Shown here piece after piece: positions 1-12,748 of a stretch of DNA of 64,000 bases; position 1 is the stretch's first letter, and every line of letters starts with the position of its first letter. A model generated the notes under the pieces. That model was not told the DNA's origin, did not search any database, and saw only the letters and a list, made by a program, of their open reading frames with translations. The stretch comes from Camelus dromedarius (taxonomy: Eukaryota). Both the position numbers and the translations under genes were made by a program. The stretch is from the NCBI RefSeq assembly GCF_036321535.1, contig NC_087436.1, positions 90,832,001 through 90,896,000 on the forward strand, read 5' to 3'.

Positions 1-285
1 ATATGCTGGGTACACGTCATTACACACTTATTCAAACTCATAGAATGTACAACATCAAAAGTGAACCTTAATGTAAAACTATAGACTTTGGGAGATTATA
101 ACGGATCACTGTAGGTGCATCAGTTGTAATACATGTACCACTCTTCTGGGGGATGCTGAAAATGCCGGAGGCTATGCATGTGTGGGGGCAGGGCGGATAT
201 GGGTACTCTCTGTACCTTCTCAATTTTGCTGTGAACTTAAAACTGCTCTTACAAATAGTCTTAGTAAAAAAAATAATAAGTTCTA
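1..285 (+). mobile_element. LINE-1 3' end (L1MC1-like), cut by the window edge
   Basis: Contains 'catagaatgtacaacatcaaaagtgaaccttaatgtaaaactatagactttgg' and 'tctctgtaccttctcaattttgctgtgaacttaaaactgctct', typical of the L1MC 3'UTR, followed by an A-rich tail. Confidence 0.8.
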
Positions 286-289
286 AAAA

Positions 290-1690
290 AGTGAAAGATT
301 ATGCTAGCTGATATCAAGTATTAAAATAAAGCTACAATAATCAAAATAGTGTACTATTGGTGTCTGTATAGACAAAGAATATAGAATCCAGAATAGATTG
401 AGTTTTGAAAGAAATGCAAAGGCAGGAGAAAAGATAGTCTTCTCAACAAATGACACATATCTATATTTAAAAAATAAAAAAGAATTATTTCAATCTACAG
501 CTTAGGCCAAATACAAACAGTAACTCAAATAGAACACAGGCCTAACGGTGAAAACTCAAACTATACAACTTCCAGAAGAAAACATAGGAGAAAATATTTT
601 TTTGACATTGAATTAGGCAAAGACTTTCCATATAGAAAAAAAATAAATAAATTGGGTCATCATAAGAATTAATAACTTCTGGTCTCTGAAAGACAGTAAG
701 AGGATAAATAGAAAGGCCAAAGATTAGAAAATAATATTTGCAAATCACATATTTGATAAAGGGTTTATATCCAGATATGTAAAAAATTTTCAAAACTCAA
801 TAATAAGAAAACAAACAAAATGTTTTAAATTAGGCAAAAGGTTTGAATTAGACACTTAAGAAGATATATGGATGGCAACATGGAAATAAACACAGGGCAA
901 ATGCCCAACATCATTCATCATAAAGGATATGCAAATTAAGAACCTCAATAGATTACCGCTCAAACCTCAGATGTCTACTACTTCAAAAGACTGGCCATAC
1001 CAAGTGTCGGCGAGAACGGGGAGTAACTGGAGCTCTCCTATACTGCTGGTACAAATGGGAAATAGCCAACAAATCCAGAAAAGCTTGGAAATTTTAAATA
1101 AATTTGTGTGTATGCCTGTCATATCTAACAGCTATTTCCAAGAAAACCAGATCGTATGTTCACAAAAATATTTGTGCACGTAAACATAAACATTGTACCC
1201 TAGTGTTCATAGCTGCTTTGTTGGTAATCATCAACAAAAACTGGAAAACCGTACAAATGACCATCCACGGATGAAAGGATGAACTGTAGGGTATCTATAC
1301 CCTGGACTATTACACAGCAGTACAACCAAATGAACTACTGACCTATGAAGCAAAATGAATGAGTCTCAAAATAATTATGTCCAATAAAGGAAGCCATACA
1401 AAAAAGAACTCCTACTAGAATGGTGTAATATTCTAGGAAGTATAAACTAGAATACAGTGACAGAAGTATCAGGATTGCCTGGGGGTGGGGTGGGAGTGGA
1501 AAGGTGTTAGCAAGAGAGGGTGATCACAGAGGGACAGGAGGAGACTTTGGGGATATAGAATATGCTCATTATATTAATTGTGGTGATGGTTTCACAGTAC
1601 ATACATTCATCAAAACCTATAGAATTTGTATACTTTAGAGCTTACTATATCTCAATTATAATTCAATAAAGCTGTAAAAAAGGAAGAAAT
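290..1690 (+). mobile_element. Old LINE-1 (L1MD/L1MC-like), ORF2 3' part and 3'UTR
   Basis: Degenerate ORF2 C-terminal DNA ('ttccagaagaaaacataggagaaaat', 'atatttgcaaatcacatatttgataaagg'). The 3'UTR ends 'attcaataaagctgtaaaaaa'. Confidence 0.85.
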
Positions 1691-2675
1691 AAAGCATACA
1701 ATAGGATAAGATGTGATTAACTGTGCTGATTAATTTTTTTATTAAAAAACAAAAGACATAATACTATCTTTTAACTCATCATTTATTTTTATTAGGGAGA
1801 TTCAATATAATAGTGTTTAACATATTTTTAGTAACTTACATTTGGCATACTTCAATACTTGATGTGAAGGTATGAATTACTGACTTTAAAATAAGAAATA
1901 TTCAACTCAGAATTTTTATTTAAAATTCTCTTGGAGCCAGAATTTTGATAAATTTAAAATTGTGAATTTTTCATAATAATGTAGGAAAAGTGATTGCCAA
2001 ACAATAAATGTTTAAGAAATGCTTTTTCCTCCACATTCTCACTGCCCATCTACAGATTAAGAATATCCAATGGGTATTCTCCAGAACACTAATGGCCCCT
2101 AATTACAAAAGTAATTTTTTTCGATGAGAAATCTTGCTGTTAGTTCATAATTTATTGCAGTTCACCTAACTGCTTTAACACTATCTACTGTGACTTGTTG
2201 ATTCTATGAGTTTGCAGGCTTTAAAGTAATCAATTGGCTTGTAACTCTGACTCTTTGTGGAGCCTCTGAAGCTAAAATTTTGTCCTTTTTTTTTTTTTCA
2301 AAATATCTACAGCAGAAATTAGTGTGCCTTCAACTCCCAAACTAAGTTACAACACTAGTAAAACTTTTCTTCCTCTGAATAGTATTGTAACCTTTATTCC
2401 AATTGATTTCTCCACCAGGAGACAGAAAACATCAGTTCTTATCCTTAATGTAATGCTGGTTAAAGATCTATTTGGGAAGAAAATCAGTTTCCTCGTGTAC
2501 TAAATTAGAAAGTTTGAGTAAGTGACTTCTAAGTTCTTTCCAGATTCATGAATCTGAGAGAAATTAGTAAGCATACAGCGGTAATTACCAGATGAAAAAG
2601 AAAGGCCTCTTTATAACAGTCATATAGCTAGGTAATATGTAATTAAATATAGACACTAGAGATAAATGTAGATAT

Positions 2676-2678
<3 letters not shown>

Positions 2679-2733
<55 letters not shown>
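2679..2733. repeat. Compound microsatellite (AT)n(AG)n
   Basis: Directly visible. Confidence 0.95.
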
Positions 2734-3625
2734 TGATACAGAGAGATATAGGTACACTTATAGACAGCTCTGTAAGTACCATACAGGGTACCACGGAGAT
2801 AGCCACATTTACAAAATTAAAAAATGAAGAACAAGAGTTTAGTCTTTTACAGGGGAAGAGGAGACAGGATAATAATGAGAAACAACATAATCTATAGATA
2901 TTTATACTTACAGATATAAATAGTATTACATTATCTGTAGATATTATTGAGGTTTGTTTCTTTCAAAGAAAATTAATCTTTAAGATGTAGCCACTTTTGC
3001 TAACGGTGCTTTTACTGCTTAAAAGCTTTTTTGAAAACTCTCCCTTGGAATTGCCCTCAGAATCAAATGCAAAGAAACCAGAGTTATTACTTAAATTTTT
3101 GGCTGCAAATGTTATTGCTTAAAGTGGTTATCTAACTTATTTACCCTATGGCTTTTAGATTATTCTGAAAGTTTAACTTACTCTGAAATAAAGATTTGCT
3201 GTGAATGAAGCTATTTATTCACCCTACCAACCATCTTTTATTCAATAAACTTATGTTCAAAATATATAAAAATATTATGCCACTAGGACTGAAAATTATT
3301 TCAAACTAGAAATTGCTTTGTGGTGATATGTATATAAACTGTCAAAGATCTGCAGTATGATCTCTGTCATGTTTGCTGAAACTGGGTCTCTTCTTTTTCC
3401 CTCATGTCTCATTCCTAATGCATTAGGAAGCCTGTTGGCTTTAATACAAAATACACCCCGAATATGAACATCTCACCATGCCACTGCAGTCATCCTAGCC
3501 CAATCCACAAACGTGTATTTCCTGTACATTGGAAGAGCCCTTTAGCTGATAGTAGATTTTATGGATATTAACCTGAGGGTTAAACACTGTAACTGGTTTG
3601 TATATCTCAAAAATGTCAAGGTTAT

Positions 3626-4030
3626 TGTATTAGCTTCAGGTTGTCAAAACAAATTATCATAGACTGGGTAGCTTAAATGATGGAAATTTATTTTCCCACA
3701 GTTCTGGAGGCTGGAAGTTTATGATGACGGTATGGTAGGGTTGGTTTCTAGTGGGGCTGGTTTCCTGTCTTGCAGATGGCCACCATCTCCCCCACATCTT
3801 TACAAAGGGTCTTTCCTCGGATATGCAGAGATACGGGGCGGGCAGGGGGTCAAGCTCTCTGATGTCTCTTCTTATAAGGACACTAATTCTATTGGATCAG
3901 GGAACCGCCCTTATGACTACATTTAACCTTAGTTACTTCCTTAGAAGACCTATCTCCAAATACAGCCACACTAGGAGTTAGGGATTCAACATACAGATTT
4001 TGGTGGGAGATGAAACAAACATTCAGTCCA
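3626..4030 (-). mobile_element. MaLR solo LTR (MLT1A-like)
   Basis: 'tgtattag...aaatttattttcccacagttctggaggctggaag...aacattcagtcca' is the reverse complement of the MLT1A-type LTR. Confidence 0.8.
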
Positions 4031-4054
4031 GGTCCCCCCCCAAAAAAAAACAAA

Positions 4055-4450
4055 CCTGAAGAACTGTTCCATCTCTAAAGAGACATGACAACTAAATGCA
4101 ACATGTGATCTTAGATGGGATGTTAGAGGAGCTAATGGCATTATTTAAATAAGGCCCAAAGATTAAATATTAGTACTGAATCAGTATTAACTTCCTATTT
4201 TTGACAATTGCATCATGGTTACAAAAGAGAACAGCCTTATTTTTGGAAATAAACATGTTAGTATTTACTTGTAAAGGGGCATCATGTATGTAACTTACTC
4301 TCAAATGGTTTTTTAAAAGTTACACACACACGCACAGAAAGAGAGAGAGAAATCACAAAGCAGTAAAATGTTAACATTTGAGAAATATTTTTTACATTTT
4401 TTGCAACTTTTATTTAATTCTGAAATCATTTCAAAATATAAGGTTCTAAA
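4055..4450 (+). mobile_element. LINE-1 3'UTR fragment (L1MC4-like)
   Basis: Contains 'agacatgacaactaaatgcaacatgtgatcttagatggga' and 'ttttgcaacttttatttaattctgaaatcatttcaaaata'. Confidence 0.7.
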
Positions 4451-4764
4451 AAGGTAATTCCATAAGTCTCCTAAGTTAGAGTAACCTGCTTGATTTTTCA
4501 CAGCAGGAATACTAAGTTGCTGCATTTAAGGCATGTGCTAGTATGTGGGTAAATTCAGAAGATGAGCTCAGCTTGGTTTGTACCAAGTTTTGGACGCTGT
4601 AAAGTGTGGATCCAAGCTTTCACATTTGGAATGCACTTTATATAGAACATATATATTTTAAAACTCTTTTATTCATATGTCCAATAAATGGTAGGTCTTT
4701 GGTATTATAATTATTAAAATAGAACATATTTTCCAATAATATGGTAACAATAAAGTAAGACTTC

Positions 4765-4968
4765 CAGTGGTTCTTCGCCAGTAGAGATTTTGCCCCCAAA
4801 GGGACATTCAACAATATCTACAGATATTTTTGTTTGTTCTAACCCTGGGGTGGGGAGAGGTGCTATGGGGATCTAGGATGCTGCTAAACACCCCAGAATG
4901 CATAGGACAGCCCCACAAAAAAGACTTATCTGACTAAAAATGCAGAGTGCCCAGCTTGAAAAACGCTG
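4765..4968 (+). mobile_element. MER20 hAT-Charlie MITE
   Basis: 'cagtggttct...gattttgccccc..gggacatt...gatgctgctaaacacccc.gaatgcataggacagccccac...gaaaaacgctg', with CAG/CTG terminal inverted ends. Confidence 0.85.
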
Positions 4969-5389
4969 CTTATTCAAATATATCAAGGATCACTGACTGG
5001 CTTCTTGCATACCTGCCCTTGGGAATTTGCCACAAAATATTGTTTGTTATCCCTCTAGATTTTTACAGCCTTGGAACTGCCATAATCCACCTCTTCTATT
5101 CAAAACTGACAAAAAGAAACTGTCATTATTGCATATGTTGTCAGTTCTATGCATTAAGTCTAATCTTTTAACATAAATTGCAGCATTCAATGGATCATGT
5201 ACACCACCAGCTTGAGTTCCTGAATTAGTCTTAGGTTAGGTACAAGTCATATATCTCCTTATGATTCAAAGCTCTAAGGGGTCAGTGATCACAGTGTTTG
5301 CTTTGTCGTAAACAAGTATCACATACAAATTTTTAAAAAAATCTAAAAATAAGTTTAAATGAGTATTATATTTCCCCACTCTGTCTTCT

Positions 5390-5730
5390 CTCTCATTATT
5401 TTAACCCACTAGAATCCCTTGTCCATGTATGCTTCTTGAAATTTTGCTCATCATTCAATCCGATCTTAAATGCTACCTCTTTCCAAACAGCTTCTGGGAT
5501 GATTCCAATCCAAATTAATGACTTCCTTATCAATGTACCAAAAGCACAGATATGGAAAGCTCTATTATGACACACTGCATTATTTTGGATGTTTCCTTTC
5601 CCCCCTACTATGTTAAAAATCACATAGAAGAAAGGGACCGTGTCATTGATTTTTCTATTCTGCACAGCACTTAGCACAGCATCTCAGACATTGCATGTGC
5701 TTGGTTAATACCTCCTTATTAATTATTTTG
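5390..5730 (+). mobile_element. LINE-2 fragment (3' region)
   Basis: Contains 'cttaaatgctacctcttcca', 'agggaccgtgtcattgattt' and 'cacagcacttagcacagcatctc', resembling the L2 3' end. Confidence 0.55.
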
Positions 5731-6029
5731 AATATTATGGCATCGATGATCTCCAAAGCAATAGGTCAGGAAATGATACACATTTCAAAAATCAGTAAGA
5801 CAAAAAACAGTCAATATGGCAATAAAAATGGGCAAGGGATTTGAACAAGAAATTACAGAAGGAAAATAAATGGTTAAGAAACAAAACTATTTTCAACATC
5901 AGTAATAATTCATGCCAATTAAAGCAACAAGAATAGCAAACATCCTACTAGTCTGTGCGAGGCACCACACTACGCACATGCTGTTTTTATATGTGCAGTT
6001 CTATAATGTGAAACCTAAGTGTATAAAAA

Positions 6030-6225
6030 GCACTTAACACAGATGGACTCATCTAATCCTCACAACGACTTTTTGCAGTGTACATACATTATTCTGTTTT
6101 TACAGATGAGGGAACCGTGGCACAGAAAAGACAAGTGATTTGCCCAGTGTCTTGTGGTGAGTGACAAAGCTGGCATGCAAACCCAGGTAGTCTTGCCTCA
6201 GAGCTCGAATACTCAACCACCAAGG
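6030..6225 (-). mobile_element. MIR SINE
   Basis: MIR core: 'ttttacagatgagggaaccgtggcacag...gtgatttgcccagtgtc'. Confidence 0.75.
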
Positions 6226-7744
6226 GTCTGCCATTTTGCCCACATCTTTTATAAATATCTATTCAATTATGATATCTAGAAAAAAACCTAAATCATATTT
6301 TTATATTAGATAAAATTGTTAGCTGTTAATGCCAGGGGAAAGAGTCAGATAAAACTAATATAAAATCCTCAAACTCCAAGAAATTTGATTTTTATATTTT
6401 GTGGTGGAATAGGGATCAATTTTGATTGGATTAAATTAATCTCATTTTGATCATTATCTCTTATGGCATCGCCAACAATCTGATTTATACTGTGGATATC
6501 TAAGTCCAAACATTCTGAGAAAGTAACAGTAAAGGAAAAGTTCACTCTCAGCCAAAGAATAGAAAGGAACATAAAGGGAAAAAGATTCTGATTCAATGTA
6601 AGCTTGTGTTTATGCGAAAAGTTAAAATAAATCTATTGATTCAATTGCTTTTCAGACCCAGAGAATTCTTGGGTATGCATGATATATATGAAGACCAGTT
6701 GTCACATTAACCATGACATTCACCAGTTCCCGGACAGTTTGGTGATATTTAAAGGTTGAGTAGTAACTTTGAACTTAAAGATGTAGGACTGCTCCTCACA
6801 AGCCTAAATTTCTGGGCTTTTTTGGTTTGTTTGTTTGGGTTTGTTTTAGTTTTGAAGTACAATCACTACCTTCATTTCAAAACCACAAAGCAAATCACAA
6901 CCAATGAAAATGAATCCTAGATTTTTCTCTTTAGAAAGATTTACCCATCCTGGATATGTTCATTGTTTTCTGCTTTGTCTGACCCTTTACTTGAGAGTCA
7001 TTGTCTGATGTTTAGCTTTCCTATATAATATCCTAAACAGAGAAAGTACTAAATAAAAAGGTTAATTTATATAGTTTGATTAGATAATGTGAAAGATTAA
7101 TAAATACACCTTCCATACTCTCCAAATCGAGAAAAACAATTGAAAGAGCTTTTTGAATTATTATAGCCAAATATAAACTGTGGTTATGTGTGACAAAATA
7201 AAAATATAAATCACTTTTTTTCTTCTTGCCAGAAGTTTGTAACTCTGGTACCAAGATAATTTGTCTTCACTATTCCCTGGGAAGTAGAAAGACAAGCCAC
7301 ACCTCCTTGACCTTGGATATTTCTAACTAAAAAAATGAAATGTCAACATGAAGTTGATAGCAATGTGAGCAGCTATCACACTGAGCTTATGGGAGAAAAA
7401 AAGTCCCTGGCTAAGACAGAAAACCTGGGTTGTAGTCCTTGAACTGTCACCAATCTTCTCGGCAACCTTAGCTAAGTCATTTCATCTGGCAAGGTATCTA
7501 CTTCAGCTATAAAATGAGGCAACTGGTCTCTGTCAAGTTTCCAGAAACTTTAACCCAATCAGTTAAGTACTTACGTAGAGAGCAAAGAACAGCCTCTACT
7601 TTTATCTATTACTACAGGTACACAGTTAAGTGACCAAGAGCTCTTCCTGACTGTTTCAGAAAACACCTTTCTTCAGACTTTCCCTGCTTGTTGAGCATCT
7701 GTCAGTTACTTGACACACTTTTAATCTTCTCAACTATCCCATGA

Positions 7745-7912
7745 GAGCTTGAGCAAGCCACTTAACTCTTCTGGACCTTAGTTTATTTATGTGTAAAATG
7801 AAAGTGATAATTGCACCCCCACGTAGGGTTATTGTGAGGATTGACTGTGTTAATGAATATAACGATTTAAAAATAAGGCTTCACATATGCTAAGTGCTCA
7901 ATTAATGTTAGC
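7745..7912 (+). mobile_element. MIR SINE
   Basis: 'ttgagcaagccacttaactcttctggaccttagtttatttatgtgtaaaatg...gttattgtgaggatt...taagtgctcaattaatgttagct'. Confidence 0.8.
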
Positions 7913-7919
7913 TCTGATT

Positions 7920-8060
7920 TGTATTCCTATTGTATAGATGAGAAAACTGAGGTTTAGGGGCATTAACTGACATGCCTCAAGGTCACACAGAGGGAAAACA
8001 GAAGTAGGATTTGATCCCAGGTATTTTGACTCCAGAGCCCACATCTATGCACTGCTCCAA
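7920..8060 (-). mobile_element. MIR SINE
   Basis: 'tagatgagaaaactgagg...caaggtcacacag...ggatttgatcccagg...tgactccagagccc'. Confidence 0.8.
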
Positions 8061-8316
8061 ACTGTCTCCTTCTGAACACCCTGGACTAGGTAATGAGGAA
8101 AAATGTCCTGTTTTGCATATTTATTGACAGAACACAGAAGATAAATAAGAAGCTACAAATTATTCTAATAGATACGATGTTAAAAGAAAATAAGAGACCC
8201 CTGGGCTTATTATATATAAGAGAGGCTGAGAATTCATATTCTACAGCAAACGTTGCAATTACAGGATCTTCCTTGTCACTAGTAGAGAAACATCCAGAGA
8301 TGTGAAGAGAGACGGT

Positions 8317-8328
8317 GGCCATAAATCA
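8317..8328 (-). promoter_or_regulatory. PBX-HOX composite motif TGATTTATGGCC in repeat-free sequence
   Basis: The + strand reads GGCCATAAATCA, an exact match to the TGATTTATGG PBX/HOX consensus. Function is not shown. Confidence 0.4.
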
Positions 8329-8989
8329 GCACTGAATAATCAAGCCAAACCAGGAAAGAACGCCAACAAGCCCTAAGTGTGTTTGTCTGCAAAGCTTTAA
8401 TAAATGCAGTTTCATAAATACTATGCTATATAAGGTATAAATTATGCTGCTTCCTCTCAAAAATTAGTTTAAGTGCAAGCTGGAAGAATTCCTCGTGCTT
8501 AGGCTGATATAAAATTCAGTAAATACAGAAACTTTGCAGGGAAAGAAAATAATAATAAAGACTTCCAAAGGTTATGTGAATACTGTAATTATCTGTACAT
8601 AAATGAGAGTATTTTCTCTTTCTCTGCCTAAACAGGAAAATGAATACTAAAAAAGTATTCCCACAGGAAAATTGGTTCCAAAACCATTTTGTGAAATGGC
8701 AGCACTTCCCATAAGTACTTAGCCATCCAAGTTAAAATCTGGAATGAAATAACATTGATTTTGACATCTATATTTTAATATCTTTCTTATAAAACTTTTA
8801 GATTTCATATATAAAATTATACATATCTTAAATAATAAGTGGAATGTAGATTCACAAAGCTGGTTTAAATAGAGGCTCTACTTTAGACAGTGATTAAAAA
8901 AAAAACAAGATTTATAAGGAGAGAATTAGGGAATAATATGTAATTAAGAGATAAATTGGTACTCGGTAATTAGAATAAAACCTAATAGA

Positions 8990-9205
8990 AGACTGAAGTT
9001 AGACTGGGATATAAATTTCTGATCTATTTCTTGCTACAAACTGTATGACCTTAGGCAAACCACTTAACACTCTTCAGAAGAAAAATCAGAATAAAAATAA
9101 AATCCATGTTACTGACTTGTAAGAATTAAATGTGGTAATGTTTATAAAAGTACTTAAAACACTACCTGGCATATAGTTATGTATTTAATAAATAGCAGTT
9201 AATAT
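8990..9205 (+). mobile_element. MIR SINE
   Basis: 'tgtatgaccttaggcaaaccacttaac...gtaagaattaaatg...aaagtacttaaaacactacctggcatatag'. Confidence 0.7.
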
Positions 9206-10409
9206 TACTACTTAGTGGTAATGCCTTAATTAACAATGTCACTTGTGTGAATGTGTAAATTTTAAGAACAGGCAAATTATAAAGCTGTTGCTCTGAAATG
9301 CGGTCAAGTCACTTGGCATCTCCACCTGCGGAAACAGACGGCAGAGCCGTCACTGTAACAGCAAATACCAGAGCCCACGGCCCTGCGGAAGCCCCAGCTC
9401 TGCCCCAGCTCTGCAGACATGGCCTTTGGGCCCATTCCTTACAACTGAGCTTCTATCCCTATAACACTCAAAGCTCGTCTTTAAATAAAAAGCTATACAA
9501 TTACCTAGATTACCCACCAAATGGGATACGCTATTAAGACAATTTTGTACAGAACACTTACTAAAATGATTCTTATCAGGGAAAACAAGTTGAATTGCAC
9601 AAAGGGATGAATCTACTTGGAAAAAAATTAAAGTCATAAATATCTAAAGCCCAGGGGGCTGCAGAAAAGCAAATTGGGCTTTATTTTTTTTCACATGAAT
9701 ATCAAAGGATATTCCAAGAAAAACAAGCAGCTTGATAATACAAAAGAGTATGTTAATTTTCTCCCCAGTCTTCCTAGCTTTGGAGGTGGTCTATGATCTT
9801 TTGTACATAGTAGGCATTAAAAGTTTGTTAAATGAGTGATTCCATTAAGGAATCAGTATTAGGTTGCTAAGAATACAGAATTTTAAAAAATATAACAAAA
9901 ATTTCTACTGGAAGACATTTAAAGATCATTTTAATCTAATTTGTACACTCAACATACTAGACTCAGAAAGGCAAAAGACTTATTCAGAAGTCAAACGTTA
10001 ATTCACAGAATAACTGAGAGACATATGTGATTAAAATTGAAATGGAAAAAAATGCATATTGAACTCTAACATATCAAGGATTTGTCAGTAGGCTCACATC
10101 AAGTACGGTTTATGGGTAATAAAACTAGTATCTCGTGCTCCTCCGATGCTCTAGAGGCAGTGGAAAGCGCTCTGGAGAAGGTGTATAGAGATCTTACCTT
10201 TAGTCCTGGCTCTGCAGCATAAGTCCAGGTAATCCTCAAAGAATTAAAATAAAGGGGTTGACACGAATAATTCAATCTGTTGTTCAAGATACACTACGCA
10301 CTCACTGTATCTCATGCTCTGAGTTAGCAGCTGAGGACACAGAAATAAAATGCAGGTCGTGCTGCGAGAGGAGCATGTATGGGGGGAAGTAACACATAGA
10401 CGATTGAGC

Positions 10410-10620
10410 CAAACTGTGTGTGCTCTACTCCTGGCTCTGCCATTCACCAGCGACATGGCCTTGAGCGCTTACTTAATCTCTCTTGGCCTCAGTGTCCTCC
10501 TCTGTAGAAATAATGACAAAAGTATACCCTAGTTATAGTGTTATGAAGACTAAGTTCCTATGTGTATAGCACTTAGAATATTGCCTATCACTGTTCTATA
10601 AATGTTAGTCATTGTTATCA
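10410..10620 (+). mobile_element. MIR SINE
   Basis: 'cctggctctgccattcaccagc...ttacttaatctctcttggcctcagtgtcctcctctgtagaaat'. Confidence 0.75.
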
Positions 10621-11119
10621 ACCACAAAGAATCCACAATCTAACAGGGAAAACAAGAAATAATGTAAAACTATAATTATCACAAGCCACACAATGGTAAG
10701 TTACTAAAGTAAAGCACAAAACTCTATAAAGAGTTTTAGGAATCACGTCTTACTGACAACAACAACGACAACAACAAAGGTAGCAATTAATGGAAGCATT
10801 CTTTCTCTTTGAAGGGTGTGATGACTGCAAAAGAAGAGAAAGGCCAAAGAAAGGTGTAGGATGAGTTATGAAAGGGGACTGCTGGATTTAAAAATCTGAT
10901 AGTCTAAAGGTCATTTTCAACCTTTTGAGAAATTCATTCCCGTGGAAGGGACAGGTAAACTATAAAAAGGTTGTAGAGAGAAAGAAGCTGAGAAAAAATG
11001 AACAGTAAATATGGGCCCCATTTTTTAATTACTTAAGGTATTGACTCATTCACTCTCTAGTTAATTCAACAAATGTGAGGGCCTACCATCCACAACATTC
11101 CCAGCACCGCGTCAGGCAT

Positions 11120-11661
11120 CTACCTCCGGTGCCCACACCTCAGAGGTAACCAGCCATTTGATCCATGTCCTCCTGATCTTTCGGAAGGAGTAGGAAACAC
11201 ACTGACTTCCCTGATACTAAAACTGCTCACTGATTCTTTCTAAGAAATGCTGCAATTTCTTTCTCATCCTTACTGCTTTTGCGCTAAGCAACTCCCAAAC
11301 GTCTCCCTTTCTTTCTTTACAATAGTTTTAACCCAGAGGCTATGCTCCAGGAAGAAGGTAATGGGCCAATAATCTCAGAAGAATGGATGGGACACTCCAC
11401 AGTTCCCCCAGGACTCTAGGTAAGAGGAATGTAGCAGCACCCTGCAAAGCACCCTGATTGTTTTCATCTTTTCTGATCCATCCAGTTTTTCTATAATCTT
11501 CAAGACCCCAACCCCAAGATGGATTCACAGTCTCTAAGGCATTAGCCTGCTGGGACTCCCCTTTGCCTGGCAAAGCAATAAAGCTGCTCTTTTCCTCCCA
11601 AAACTCTGCCTCGGAGACTCAATTTGGCTTTCGGGGTGCAGATGCCAGTTTTGAGGCAACA
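11120..11661 (+). mobile_element. ERV1-class LTR with an unclear or truncated 5' end
   Basis: Has the R/U5-like signature 'gcctggcaaagcaataaagctgctcttttc...ctcggagactcaatttggc' and ends in 'ggcaaca'. No TSD was found. Confidence 0.6.
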
Positions 11662-12141
11662 TTAGCATCCAGGACAGGGTCCTCAGTAGAGGGAATAGCA
11701 AATGTAATACCCTAATTACCCTAAAATTTACTAGACTCTAAGGACTAGGGTCTGGTATTAATGTAAATAAAAAGATAACACAAAGCCTTAAAGCACGTTG
11801 TGAGTGTAAACTGTCGTAAGAGAAATGCTGGGGTTCAGCTAACCTCAAGAGAGGAAGAAAGTCTATTAGGAAAAGCAAGAAATTTAGTGATGCTATATAT
11901 GAGTTCCCAAAACACATGGTAGCAGGAAAGAAAAGGAAGGAAAGGGAAGAAGGGACCGATTTTTACTTTAATAGAACAGTGCACAGTAAAAGATGATAAC
12001 ATGCGATTAGGGAGGAAGGTGTGAGGCAGGAATGAAAAGTGGGACATGGTTTAGGCTCTAACTGGGCTTGCGGTGGTGGTTGTAAGTGAATAGAATTCTT
12101 TTAGGCAGTCCCCGAAATCTGCTCCAGTTCTTTGATTCTGT

Positions 12142-12748
12142 TGAGACAGGAAGGGGGCAGGGCACAGCCATTCAAGGAATAATACAGCAATTAACATCAC
12201 AATGGTGAAAGATTCAACCCCCGGTAGGCCTTGAGGCTCAAGATGATGGGAGATTTAACATCTAGTAGACCTTGAGCTTCATTATATGCCCATTGTAATA
12301 TATTAGCATGGTGAATAACATGCCCACAGGTGCCGTGGCAGTCCCAAGGCTAGCCACAAAAGGTCAAAGAGTGGGAAATGGCCAACTTCCTGGGAATCCC
12401 AGCCCCTTCCCCAGGCTAGTTAGACTGGTCCTTCCACTTATTTGCATATGAAGCTACCAAAGCCCATAAAAATGGGCAACACTGCCCCTCACCGGCCTCT
12501 CTCTCTCCCGCACTCTGTCTACCTACTTTTACTCTAATCTGAGCACTCAACCCCCACACTGCGTGTCCTTTCTCTTGCCTTTCAATGTATCTCTCTGAAT
12601 AGATCTACCTTTACTCAACTGTGGCTCGCTCTTGAATTCTTCCCTGTGTGAAGCCAAGGAACCACACTTGGTGGGGCACGTCCCAGGGGCTCAACCGAAG
12701 CCTGGGACACGGCCCTCCTCACGCCCCACGTCCGTTTTTCCTGCATCA
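12142..12748 (+). mobile_element. ERV1 solo LTR, MER41-like
   Basis: Begins TGAGACAGGA and ends TCCTGCATCA, an imperfect inverted repeat. It is flanked by a 4-bp TSD, CTGT (12138-12141 and 12749-12752). Internal motifs resemble MER41 ('ttcctgggaatcccagcccc', 'gaattcttccctgtgtgaagccaagga'). Confidence 0.85.

Noticed and set aside
8086..8322. 78-aa ATG-initiated ORF with a hydrophobic C-terminus
   Set aside because: The Kozak -3 position is poor, I recognise no family, and the ATG is part of a PBX-HOX motif. An ORF of this length is expected by chance.
9240..9345. Minus-strand acceptor ctgtttccgcAG at 9325 as a terminal exon
   Set aside because: There is no matching donor or clear poly-A site, and no recognisable peptide in any frame.
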